The position numbers and the translations under genes are program-made. A stretch of DNA of 20,000 nucleotides from an uncultured virus (IMG/VR IMGVR_UViG_3300044731_002104) (taxonomy: Duplodnaviria; Heunggongvirae; Uroviricota; Caudoviricetes). Below the pieces are notes generated by a model. That model was not told the origin of the DNA, did not search any database, and saw only the letters and a list, made by a program, of their open reading frames with translations. Where the stretch lies: IMG/VR virus record IMGVR_UViG_3300044731_002104; one strand, written 5' to 3'. Below are positions 6,979 through 15,164 of the stretch, in pieces (the first letter of the stretch is position 1; every line of letters starts with the position of its first letter).

Positions 6979-8396
6979 AATTCACACTCACCCTCAATGG
7001 CAAAAACGAGTTTGAGCGACAGGCCGTCTACAACCCAGAAGACTCCAGTCTGGTCTGGAAAGACAGTGGGGAGCCTTTGCCATTGCCACAGGCATTTGCT
7101 CGCCAGGAGGGCATGCAGTGGCAGCCTTTTTGGCATTTGCATCACCCCTCCAATCCGGCCGGAAAATCAAGGGCCATTCGCCACCTCAAGCTGCAGCTGG
7201 GGCTCAAATGCAATTACGCCTGCCAATACTGCTCACAGGCACACCAGCCTCATGACCTTGACGGGCACCCGGACGATGTCCAGCCTTTCATGCAGCAACT
7301 CGAGGGGTGGTTTGCTGGAGGAGAGGATGGCCGAGGTGCTGGCGTCAAGATCGAGTTTTGGGGTGGAGAACCCTTTGTTTACTGGAAATTGCTCAAGCCC
7401 CTGGGTGAGGAGGTCAAACGTCGCTATCCCAATGCTCAGTTGTCGATCGTGACGAACGGATCGCTATTCGATGACGAAAAACTGGCTTGGGTGGAAGCGC
7501 TGGATATCGGGATTGGCTTGTCCCATGACGGACCTGCCCAGTCATACCGTGGCCCGGATCCATTGGCTGATCCTGAAAAGCTTGTCCAGATCAAGCGCTG
7601 GGTATCCAGGCGCATGCCGCTTGATCGGATGAGCTTCAACACGGTTTTGCACCGGCACAACCAATCCCTCAAGGCGGTTCGGCAGTATTTCGCTGAAAAG
7701 CTCGATCTGCCAGTGCAGGCCATTGTGCTGGCCACCGAGGAAGTGATGCTGCCCTATGACCAAGGAGGTCTCTCGCTGACGCTGGAAGGTGCTGATCTTG
7801 ATCGATACCGCCACCAGATGTTCTGGGAACTGGTGACAGGTGCTGGCATGTCGGTGGGTACGATGCGAGACAAAGTCGACGAATTCATGCGAGCGCAGGC
7901 ACAGTCCAGGCCGCTGAACTCTTTGGGCCAAAAGTGCGGCATGGACCGTGATGACTCGATTGCCGTAGACATGAAAGGCAATGTGACGACCTGCCAGAAC
8001 ATGAGCGCCTCGACCCGTCACAGGATCGGCCACGTTGAACAATTTGACGACATAGCGCTGAATACGGCGTACCACTTCAGCACCCGAATCGAATGCCCGC
8101 GTTGTCCCGTGGTGCAACTTTGCAAAGGGGCCTGTTTGTTTCTGGAAGACGGTTACTGGCGCGCTGCCTGCGACAACTCGTTTTCGCACAACCTGGCGGT
8201 CATGGCCGCAGCGCTGTACTACCAGACGCAAGGGCTGATCCTGACCCGGATTGAGGCTGATGCTATTCGTTCGTCACGACAGAACGTGATTGACGTCATC
8301 TGTCTTGCGTTTGTGGAGTCTGGTGGAGACATGCAGACCGTGGTTCCTGTCCTGCAGCTCCGAAAAGCGTTTCCGATTGCGGTCGTTGCCGCATAG
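6975..8396 (+). CDS. Radical SAM protein with SPASM domain (peptide/protein maturase type), 473 aa
   Basis: CNYACQYC (CxxxCxxC), FWGGEP, VTNG, SHDG. SPASM cysteines KCG...GNVTTC...IG and CPRCPVVQLCKGAC...AC. GAGGA RBS before ATG 6975. Confidence 0.92.
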   Translation: MKFTLTLNGKNEFERQAVYNPEDSSLVWKDSGEPLPLPQAFARQEGMQWQPFWHLHHPSNPAGKSRAIRHLKLQLGLKCNYACQYCSQAHQPHDLDGHPDDVQPFMQQLEGWFAGGEDGRGAGVKIEFWGGEPFVYWKLLKPLGEEVKRRYPNAQLSIVTNGSLFDDEKLAWVEALDIGIGLSHDGPAQSYRGPDPLADPEKLVQIKRWVSRRMPLDRMSFNTVLHRHNQSLKAVRQYFAEKLDLPVQAIVLATEEVMLPYDQGGLSLTLEGADLDRYRHQMFWELVTGAGMSVGTMRDKVDEFMRAQAQSRPLNSLGQKCGMDRDDSIAVDMKGNVTTCQNMSASTRHRIGHVEQFDDIALNTAYHFSTRIECPRCPVVQLCKGACLFLEDGYWRAACDNSFSHNLAVMAAALYYQTQGLILTRIEADAIRSSRQNVIDVICLAFVESGGDMQTVVPVLQLRKAFPIAVVAA

Positions 8397-8442
8397 ATCT
8401 GCTACGAAGCCTTTCATTTCATTCTTTGTTCATTTTTTATCG

Positions 8443-8475
8443 GCCGCCATGGTTTTCCCTGGCGGCTTTTCTTTT
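8443..8475 (+). terminator. Rho-independent terminator-like hairpin
   Basis: GCCGCCA-tggttttccc-TGGCGGC followed by TTTTCTTTT, between the radical SAM gene and the holin. Confidence 0.7.
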
Positions 8476-8485
8476 GGAGTTACGA

Positions 8486-8869
8486 ATGCCAGAACCGACA
8501 AGCAGTGGGGTCGCCGGAGCGGCGGTCGCCTATAAAGCATTGGGAGGTTCCGCAGCTGCTGCAGCCAGTGGCGCCACCTTGGCAGCTGTGGTGGTCATGT
8601 TGATGACGCCGCCTCGCAACAAACGCGAGTGGGCTGTTGGGCTGATCAGCACCGTGGTGTCGAGCATCGGCGGTGGTGCCATCACCGTCGAACACTTTGG
8701 ACTGCATCACTGGGCTTTTTCAACCATGGGGCTTTGCGCCTTGGGTGGGTTGATCTTTGCGTGTGGACTGCCTGGGTGGGCGATGGTGCGATGGACGTTT
8801 GCTTTCATCGATAAGCGCCGTGACGATTCCATCGACCAGGTGGCCAAGGATGTGAAGGAGCTGCTGTGA
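8486..8869 (+). CDS. Holin-like membrane protein, 127 aa
   Basis: GGAG RBS and ATG 8486 (MPEPTSSG). About three hydrophobic segments and a charged C-terminus. Overlaps the endolysin start (GTGA). Confidence 0.7.
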   Translation: MPEPTSSGVAGAAVAYKALGGSAAAAASGATLAAVVVMLMTPPRNKREWAVGLISTVVSSIGGGAITVEHFGLHHWAFSTMGLCALGGLIFACGLPGWAMVRWTFAFIDKRRDDSIDQVAKDVKELL

Positions 8870-9330
8870 GACCTTCAGAGTTCATCATGCGGCTGTCAAA
8901 GCCAGCGATGGAGTCCCAGCGAAAGTCAGGGGTTCCTGCCAGCATCACGATCGCTCAGGCGGCACTTGAGTCCGCCTGGGGTGAATCAGGCCTTGCAAAA
9001 GCTGGGAACAACCTCTTTGGTATCAAGGCCGATAGCCTGTGGCAGGGTGAAACGCTGACCTTAAACACACGCGAGTTCATCAGAGGGCAATGGCTTGTTA
9101 TTCCAGCCAAATGGCGAAAGTACAGCAGTTGGCAGGCCAGCATTGATGATCATGCCGCTTTTCTCAAAGGCAATCCACGCTATCAGCGCTGTTTCATGTG
9201 TCAGACCACTGAGGATTTTGCTCGTGCGCTGCTCAAGGCAGGGTATGCGACCGATCCTTCCTATACCGAAAAGCTGCTCGGATTAATTTTCCAACACAAG
9301 CTCCAGGCTTTGGATCAGGAATCGAAATGA
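8866..9330 (+). CDS. Endolysin, GH73 / FlgJ-type glucosaminidase-muramidase, 154 aa
   Basis: IAQAALESAWG (catalytic Glu), NNLFGIKA and GYATDP.Y; located between the holin and Rz. Confidence 0.9.
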   Translation: MRPSEFIMRLSKPAMESQRKSGVPASITIAQAALESAWGESGLAKAGNNLFGIKADSLWQGETLTLNTREFIRGQWLVIPAKWRKYSSWQASIDDHAAFLKGNPRYQRCFMCQTTEDFARALLKAGYATDPSYTEKLLGLIFQHKLQALDQESK

Positions 9331-9836
9331 ACTGGCTCACTCGTCTATTGATTTCCAACTGGACCCTGGTCATCGTCCCCATTGTGATGCTTGGCGTCTG
9401 GCTCAATGGTGTGTGGGTGGGGGAGGGGCGTACTCAACGGGCGTGGGATGCCGAACGGCATCAGGTAGCGCTTGTTCAAGCACGGTCTGAACAAAAGTCG
9501 GCAGACATTAAACGCTCACAGGAGCAAATCAACCATGAAATCTCAAATGAGTTCAAGCGAAAATCTGCGCGCTTGGCTGCCAATTGGCAGTCTGGTCGTC
9601 CTGTCGGGGTGTGCAGCAACCCCCCAGATGGTGCCGAGCATTTGCCCACCGTTTCCGCAACTTCCACCAACGTTGCTGAAGCCGCCACCGACCCTTTACC
9701 TTCTGCCTCCGCAGATGAGAGACGGCTGACCTGTGACAAGCTCTATGAGGATTCAGCACAGACTACGTTGATGTTGGTTGAAATTCAGAAGTGGTACGTC
9801 GAACATTCAAAGTTGCTCTTGACTGTAGCTAGGTAA
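9327..9836 (+). CDS. Rz: Rz-like inner-membrane spanin, 169 aa
   Basis: N-terminal TM segment followed by a helical/coiled-coil region. ATGA-coupled to the endolysin. Contains a nested lipoprotein ORF. Confidence 0.75.
   Translation: MNWLTRLLISNWTLVIVPIVMLGVWLNGVWVGEGRTQRAWDAERHQVALVQARSEQKSADIKRSQEQINHEISNEFKRKSARLAANWQSGRPVGVCSNPPDGAEHLPTVSATSTNVAEAATDPLPSASADERRLTCDKLYEDSAQTTLMLVEIQKWYVEHSKLLLTVAR
9535..9729 (+). CDS. Rz1: Rz1-like outer-membrane lipoprotein spanin nested in Rz (start 9535 or 9547)
   Basis: Lies in the +1 frame inside Rz. Lipobox LVVLSGC followed by a Pro-rich mature part (CPPFPQLPPTLLKPPPTLYLLPPQ), the lambda Rz/Rz1 layout. Confidence 0.8.
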   Translation: MKSQMSSSENLRAWLPIGSLVVLSGCAATPQMVPSICPPFPQLPPTLLKPPPTLYLLPPQMRDG

Positions 9837-10950
9837 TTGCTGAAGTTCTCCGAAGCCAAAACTCAGATTTTGGCCAGCGTGCTTGGTCTTGATACCAGCT
9901 GGCCCGGTTGTTCAAATACGTCTGCCAAATGTTTGCCAGTGCGTTGCTGTATTCATCGATACAAGGCTGAAAATGATCCGTGCTGAGCGCATCATGAATC
10001 GATGTTGATGCAGCCAGACCTGTGTACAGCGCATTGAATATGCCTTGGGATGAGAGCGGATCAAAACACATGGCCGCGTCTCCGGTGGCCAGCCAGCGGT
10101 GTCCGGCGTATTGAGGCAGCGTGGCGCTGTTGGCTGAGCAAAAGCCGTGTTTGGCGGCTATGTCAGAAAAGTCTGTTGTCAATATTGTTTGCGCCAGGTC
10201 TGGCAGCTGCTGTGCACGCCTTAGCAACGCGTTGGGCTTGTGTGCATCTTTGGCAGAAGGCTGATCTGCATCGGTATAGAAGGCCAGCAACCTTTGTTGA
10301 TTGGGAAGAACCGACGTATACCACCAGCCATCTCTTTCGGCATGGATTTCACTTTCCTGCTCTGCGTTGGAGAGGTGACGGCCAATCATCCAGCCACAGG
10401 CAAGCTTGTCTTTGGCTTGCGGTATCAACCCCATTTGTTTGGCGAAGAATGATTTTCGGCCAGTGGCATCAACCAACCAATTGGCTTTGATGTGAATGCG
10501 CTGTCCATCGACTTCGGTTTCCACAAGCCATGATTGATCGGTGGGGTCCAGATTTCCAAAACTCAATCCCGAACACCTCAGAATTCCAGCGCCTCGTCGA
10601 TGAGCTTGCTGCAGCAGCCACTCATCAAATCGAGCGCGGTCCAGATGCCAGCCATCGCCGTCCAGGTTGCGAACCGAGTCATTGAAGTAAGGTTCAGCAC
10701 TGCCCCATAGTGACTTGCTCAAGCGATGGGGTTGATGGTCTTGTTCAAGAAACGAAGACCACAGCCCCATGTCTTTAAGTAAACGTGATGCAGCAGCCGG
10801 CAATGACTCCCCAACTGCTTGTGACGTGACACTCTGCTGCGTGACGATCAAAACCTTGTGAAAAGTTGCCAGATTAAGCGCCACCGTACTGCCTGCGGGG
10901 CCAGCCCCCACCACCAAAACATCGACAAAGAGCTGGTCCCGCACAGGCAC
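9829..10950 (-). CDS. LodB/GoxB-family FAD-dependent oxidoreductase (CTQ cofactor biogenesis), 373 aa
   Basis: DVLVVGAGPAG Rossmann motif, LDRARFD, VDATGR and GDAA..FDPLSSQG. Starts directly after the stop of the LodA-like gene. Confidence 0.85.
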   Translation of the reverse strand: MPVRDQLFVDVLVVGAGPAGSTVALNLATFHKVLIVTQQSVTSQAVGESLPAAASRLLKDMGLWSSFLEQDHQPHRLSKSLWGSAEPYFNDSVRNLDGDGWHLDRARFDEWLLQQAHRRGAGILRCSGLSFGNLDPTDQSWLVETEVDGQRIHIKANWLVDATGRKSFFAKQMGLIPQAKDKLACGWMIGRHLSNAEQESEIHAERDGWWYTSVLPNQQRLLAFYTDADQPSAKDAHKPNALLRRAQQLPDLAQTILTTDFSDIAAKHGFCSANSATLPQYAGHRWLATGDAAMCFDPLSSQGIFNALYTGLAASTSIHDALSTDHFQPCIDEYSNALANIWQTYLNNRASWYQDQARWPKSEFWLRRTSAIT

Positions 10951-13893
10951 TTACAAACCACGAGGGAAGCGACGCACTTTCTCAATCGTCATCAGATCAA
11001 CAGAGTCAGGGCGAGTTTCACCAGCTGCGCCCAGCTTTGCATCGTCATGATGTTTGCGCGGTGCATGTCCATCACTCAAGATAGGACGGTGTTCGTCCTC
11101 TACCTGAATCACAGCAGGGAAATTTGCTCGGTCTGCTGGGCCTTCGCGCACTTCAACCACACCCATGTGGTCAAAGTGATGAATCATGTTGTTGATCTGA
11201 TCCGTGTACGAACTGTCACCCAGCGGAGCGGTCCAAGCCGCGCGATTGGCGAATGCCATCATGCGCTCTCCGAGCGACTTGCTGGTGTCCATCACGATGT
11301 CGTAGTTTTGCTTGGTCAGAACCTGGTTGGGCACACGTGCGGGCCAGAAGCTGGGCACATAAGGGTCATACGCTTTGTCGTAGCCCGAGCGGCAGCTGGC
11401 GGTGTCTGTTTGCCACGGCACGGCCATCCATCGGGTGATGCCGCCCGCCTGCTGACCGCTGAAAGGTCCGTTGGGAATCGTGATCCAGTCACTGCTCAAA
11501 ACCTCGCCAATAGACGGGGCAACCCAGCCCTTGGGTGCATGCGCAAACCTGAACGGTCCCATGTACATGGTTTTGATGCGTACAGGCCATGTCATCTCGC
11601 ACCCCGGGTGAAACGCATCGGCCAAACAGAAGTCCAGAGCTGCGCGTGTCAGTGTGTCGCCTTGCGCTGCAAGTGGCACGTCTTCAATGGACTTGGGCGT
11701 CACTTGCTCAGGATCGTAGTCTTCAATGAAATCACCATTCGCCCATTGCTGCAGGAAAGCGAGCTGCGTTGCAGTCAATGACGTGTTCTGCAGGGGAGTA
11801 TGGGCCGCGGGTACCGACATGGCGTCGCCATACAGCCATGGCCAAGGCTTGGGAGACCACGAGTCCACGTTGTCGTTGCGGAACTGATTTGCAATGGTTT
11901 TGCGTAGCTCCCTGAAGGCTGGGGACGCGCTGGACAGTCTGGCTACCACTTCCGGGCTGGTCAAATCATTTGCACCCCTCCAGCCAAAGCCGGCAGCAAA
12001 GCCACTGTTGACCCACTGCAAACCATGAAGCCGCTGGAACAGCGGGTAAATGTCCAAAGTAAAGCTTGGACGTGTGGGCATGGGCAGCATCCCGTTGGTG
12101 ATGGCTACATCACGCATCAAGTCCCACATCGTGCGCACAGTTTTCAACTCAGGACCGTAGTTGGGTGGCGCCACCACCACCCAAGCAGGATCAACCATCA
12201 GTTGCAAGCCTTGGTATTTCACGCTTGCTGTCACCGGGCCGTCGGACACATCGTCATGCCAGCCTTCGTTGTTGCCAAACGTGATGGCTTTGCTGTTGTT
12301 GTAAGAAGACGAATGGCCGTGGCCGCCCAAAACAATCAGACGCCCGTTTTCGTCTGTGTGAATTTCACCCAGGTACACCGGCTTACCCATGAACTGGCCA
12401 TCGTCAAAGCGCTTGGCTTTGGCGTTCTTGCCTTTCACCTTGTGTGGGTTGGGGGTGATGCTCAGCATGTTTCTGTCTGGGACACCCGGATTGCGCAAAG
12501 TGGTCGGTGGTGCAGAAGCCGCCTCCGGAATGTCCAACGCCAGCTGAAACCCGTACCAAGCTGACTTTTGGTTGGCCAGTTGAACATCCCACTCGATGTC
12601 AGCGTTGTCTGCAGTCAGCTCTCGCACGATCTCGCCCTTGGCATTGAGTCCGTAAATGCGGAACCTGGCGGCCTGCCGTTTGAGGCGATGATGTGCGTCC
12701 CGGTAAGAGCCTGGCGGAAAGGGGGCCGGGTCTGGCACCTCTGGCCCCAGAAACCATTCATCAGGACTGTTGCCTACACGCGCCACCCCAATAGACGGGT
12801 AGATGGCCGCTTTCACAATGCAGGTGTCGACGGGTCCATACATTTGAATGGCGGGTTCGGCCGTGGCCTCCTGTACTTGATGGAAAGGACATGCCGATGC
12901 AGCTGGCCTCGGTTCTGTGGGGTCTTGCAAGGGCTGGCCATTGGCTTCGTGCCTCAAGCGTGCGCCTTCGCGGTAGACCATTTTGCGAGCCACGGCAATC
13001 GAGCCCACTGGCGCTTGCTCTGGCGGCACACGCCAGATGTTGAAGCTCAAGCCTTGTCCGTATTCCGACTGGCCACGCAAAGTGATGTCTTGCCTGGGCA
13101 GTGTGAGTGTGGCCACATGCACAAACGGACTTTCTGTCTCGGGCCATTCCACTGTGGCCTGATCCAACGGCATGGTTTCGGGATTGGTTCGCAACTGAAC
13201 CATGAACTTGAACTGATAGCCGTCATGGGACAAGCGATTGCACATATCCACCGCCAGGTAGTCGGCCTGATCATTGGGCACGTTCTCGGGTGGTGTAACT
13301 GGATCGAGACGGTATTTGACGTATTGCTTCTCGCCTGCCATGAAAGGCAGGATGGCCCAATAGGTTGTGGTGAGCACACTGCCTTCGACCTTGGCCATGC
13401 GATCCAGAATCGCAGCGGTTTTGGGGTGCTTTTTCAGGTAGCTGGGGTAGTCTTTTTGCACCACACCGGCATAGGTAAACTCGGTCATCTCTTGGGCGTT
13501 GTCCACAAAGAAGACCGGAAAGTTCTGCATGATGAAGTCGGCCGTATCGCCATCATCACCCAGTGCTTTGACACCCGGGACGCCAAAAAGTTTGATGCCA
13601 ACCCCAAGCGTGGACTTCAAGTCCGGCGATGTGGGCGTTGTGTCACTCGAAAAACGCACCCATGCTTGCAAGCGCTCATGCGTGAAGATGCCGACCTTCA
13701 GAGCCTCGGGAATGTTTGGTTGTAGCACCCATTCGGCACTGGCTACACCATGCAGCTTGCGGAACACCGCCCGTTCGGCAGGTCGCTGGCCCAGTTGAAT
13801 GCGACGGTCTTGCGCAACGCCGACGAACATTTCGGTCAGCCGCTCAGGAGCTTCTTCCGGATTATCAAAGCAAGGGGGAATAGGGTATTGCAT
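10951..13893 (-). CDS. LodA/GoxA-family CTQ-dependent amino-acid oxidase with an N-terminal catalase-like domain (alternative start 13920)
   Basis: LodA motifs IYPSIGVARVGNS, W.DDVSDGPV, C...FHPGCEMTW, MAVPWQTDTASC (D-x3-C) and FWPARVP (W). The N-terminal ~330 aa has catalase-like RAVFRKLHG, VRFSS, DFIMQN and R...Y motifs. AAAGG lies 7 nt before ATG 13893. Confidence 0.88.
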   Translation of the reverse strand: MQYPIPPCFDNPEEAPERLTEMFVGVAQDRRIQLGQRPAERAVFRKLHGVASAEWVLQPNIPEALKVGIFTHERLQAWVRFSSDTTPTSPDLKSTLGVGIKLFGVPGVKALGDDGDTADFIMQNFPVFFVDNAQEMTEFTYAGVVQKDYPSYLKKHPKTAAILDRMAKVEGSVLTTTYWAILPFMAGEKQYVKYRLDPVTPPENVPNDQADYLAVDMCNRLSHDGYQFKFMVQLRTNPETMPLDQATVEWPETESPFVHVATLTLPRQDITLRGQSEYGQGLSFNIWRVPPEQAPVGSIAVARKMVYREGARLRHEANGQPLQDPTEPRPAASACPFHQVQEATAEPAIQMYGPVDTCIVKAAIYPSIGVARVGNSPDEWFLGPEVPDPAPFPPGSYRDAHHRLKRQAARFRIYGLNAKGEIVRELTADNADIEWDVQLANQKSAWYGFQLALDIPEAASAPPTTLRNPGVPDRNMLSITPNPHKVKGKNAKAKRFDDGQFMGKPVYLGEIHTDENGRLIVLGGHGHSSSYNNSKAITFGNNEGWHDDVSDGPVTASVKYQGLQLMVDPAWVVVAPPNYGPELKTVRTMWDLMRDVAITNGMLPMPTRPSFTLDIYPLFQRLHGLQWVNSGFAAGFGWRGANDLTSPEVVARLSSASPAFRELRKTIANQFRNDNVDSWSPKPWPWLYGDAMSVPAAHTPLQNTSLTATQLAFLQQWANGDFIEDYDPEQVTPKSIEDVPLAAQGDTLTRAALDFCLADAFHPGCEMTWPVRIKTMYMGPFRFAHAPKGWVAPSIGEVLSSDWITIPNGPFSGQQAGGITRWMAVPWQTDTASCRSGYDKAYDPYVPSFWPARVPNQVLTKQNYDIVMDTSKSLGERMMAFANRAAWTAPLGDSSYTDQINNMIHHFDHMGVVEVREGPADRANFPAVIQVEDEHRPILSDGHAPRKHHDDAKLGAAGETRPDSVDLMTIEKVRRFPRGL

Positions 13894-14044
13894 ACATGAA
13901 CCTTTTGGATATGGGTACATGCATTCGAACGCAATCTCTCTGAAAAAACACCTACCAAATCCAATAGGTCTGCATTTAATTCAAAATATTTATCGCGATC
14001 TTCTGAAAAAGTTGAATACGCATCCAGCGTTTCATAAGACCCAT

Positions 14045-14536
14045 TTATCTATTGATCAAGTGAGGCCGGATCTCCGAGAGGCAAATGGACTTCGTGAATT
14101 TCCCTGTGGTACACGTGAACTCAAGATAGCCTGTCATCTGCACATTAATCAGGGGGTCAAAGTGATCGCGGATGGCGCGAGAAGAGCCTTCGTGGATTGT
14201 GGCTTGCAGGGGTAGCTGGGCTGCCATGCCTGGCGTCATGGCAATCCTCGGTGATACATGAACAAAGTCAATCTTCGCTCCAGCACACTGTAAGCTGAAC
14301 TGCCCACGGTCCAGTTCTATCGGTAAAGGCGAAAGATTGATGAGTTGTAAATAAACCCGTGCAGAGGTGACTTGCCCTAGGTCTAATTGCGCAGACTCGC
14401 CGCGAGGAACCAGGTCGCAATAGACCAGATTGGACAGACGCTCGGCGGTTTAGTAGCGACGGAGAAGAAAAGTAGGAAAATACCGGATCAGTACTTTGCC
14501 GATGCTGTAGATCGGGAAGAAGGTAGAAGACAACAA
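14045..14536 (-). pseudogene. Probable pseudogene of a ~163-codon hypothetical protein with one in-frame TAA
   Basis: The 64-aa ORF in the track extends upstream in frame to TTG 14536 with a single stop at 14450-14452: ...FPTFLLRRY*TAERLSNLVYCDLVPRGESAQLDLGQVTSARVYLQLINLSPLPIELDRG... Confidence 0.5.
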
Positions 14537-14710
14537 GAAAAACTTCTATAAAGATTGAAGGCTATTGGGCGCCTAACGAATTAGACGAAAACACCGCCAG
14601 ACAAAAAAGCTAATAAAAATAGTAGGTTGGCCTGGGTTGAGGTTCCGGATCGGTCGAAATAGACTCAAACTGCATCAAGATTCAATAAACCTGAAGGATG
14701 TAACAGATAC

Positions 14711-14905
14711 ATGAATAACCAAGCAAAAAAACGCCGGAGCATCGTGGCAATGATTGGGATTTCATTGATGGGAATTCTTCCAGTCGCAGCAGATGCCCGT
14801 GGCGGAAGACGAGGTGGCGGCGGCCGCAGTAGCGGTGGCTGTGGGTCTAAAGGAGGCCCAGGCTATCGAAAAGCCAATGGCAAGTGTGCAAGTTGGAATG
14901 ATTGA
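14711..14905 (+). CDS. Small secreted Gly/Arg-rich two-Cys peptide, 64 aa
   Basis: Basic N-region (KKRR), hydrophobic core and ADA cleavage motif, then RGGRRGGGGRSSGG-CGSKGGPGYRKANGKCASW. Confidence 0.65.
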   Translation: MNNQAKKRRSIVAMIGISLMGILPVAADARGGRRGGGGRSSGGCGSKGGPGYRKANGKCASWND

Positions 14906-15164
14906 GGTTAATTCTATGAAATTAACTATGGCATCCAGAAACTGACTGCAAAAGGCTGACAGCAGACTGTCGTTGCGAGCATGTGACCGGCAGTGGCTTA
15001 ATCTTTGCGGGCATACGACATGTTCGGTACATTACCCCTAATAGGTAGCCCAGAATAGTCGAAATGCTGCATCCTGAAAATCGAATCCCAACGGTTTCTC
15101 TGCGCATCGACCAGGTCAATTGAGTGGCGCCGCTTTAGTCCCTTTGCATTGACCTATAAACGCC

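Larger units (their letters stand above)
1..9836 (+). mobile_element. Prophage late region (tail, modification block, lysis cassette); extends upstream of the window
   Basis: Co-oriented tail, fibre, holin, endolysin and spanin genes. No att site or integrase is visible, so the right boundary is approximate. Confidence 0.85.

Noticed and set aside
4934..8396. DNA hypermodification or anaerobic sulfatase-maturation role for the enzyme block
   Set aside because: No glycosyltransferase, nucleotide kinase, queuosine-pathway or sulfatase gene is nearby, and the block lies in the late tail operon. Disfavoured but not excluded.
8426..8485. Longer ORF-track start for the holin (likewise 1425, 5469, 6047 and 6933 for other genes)
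   Set aside because: These extensions run through terminators or upstream genes. Downstream ATGs have better RBSs or ATGA coupling.
10858..13725. Plus-strand ORFs 10858-11781, 12025-12564 and 12568-13725
   Set aside because: Antisense shadows of the LodA-like gene, which carries all the family motifs.
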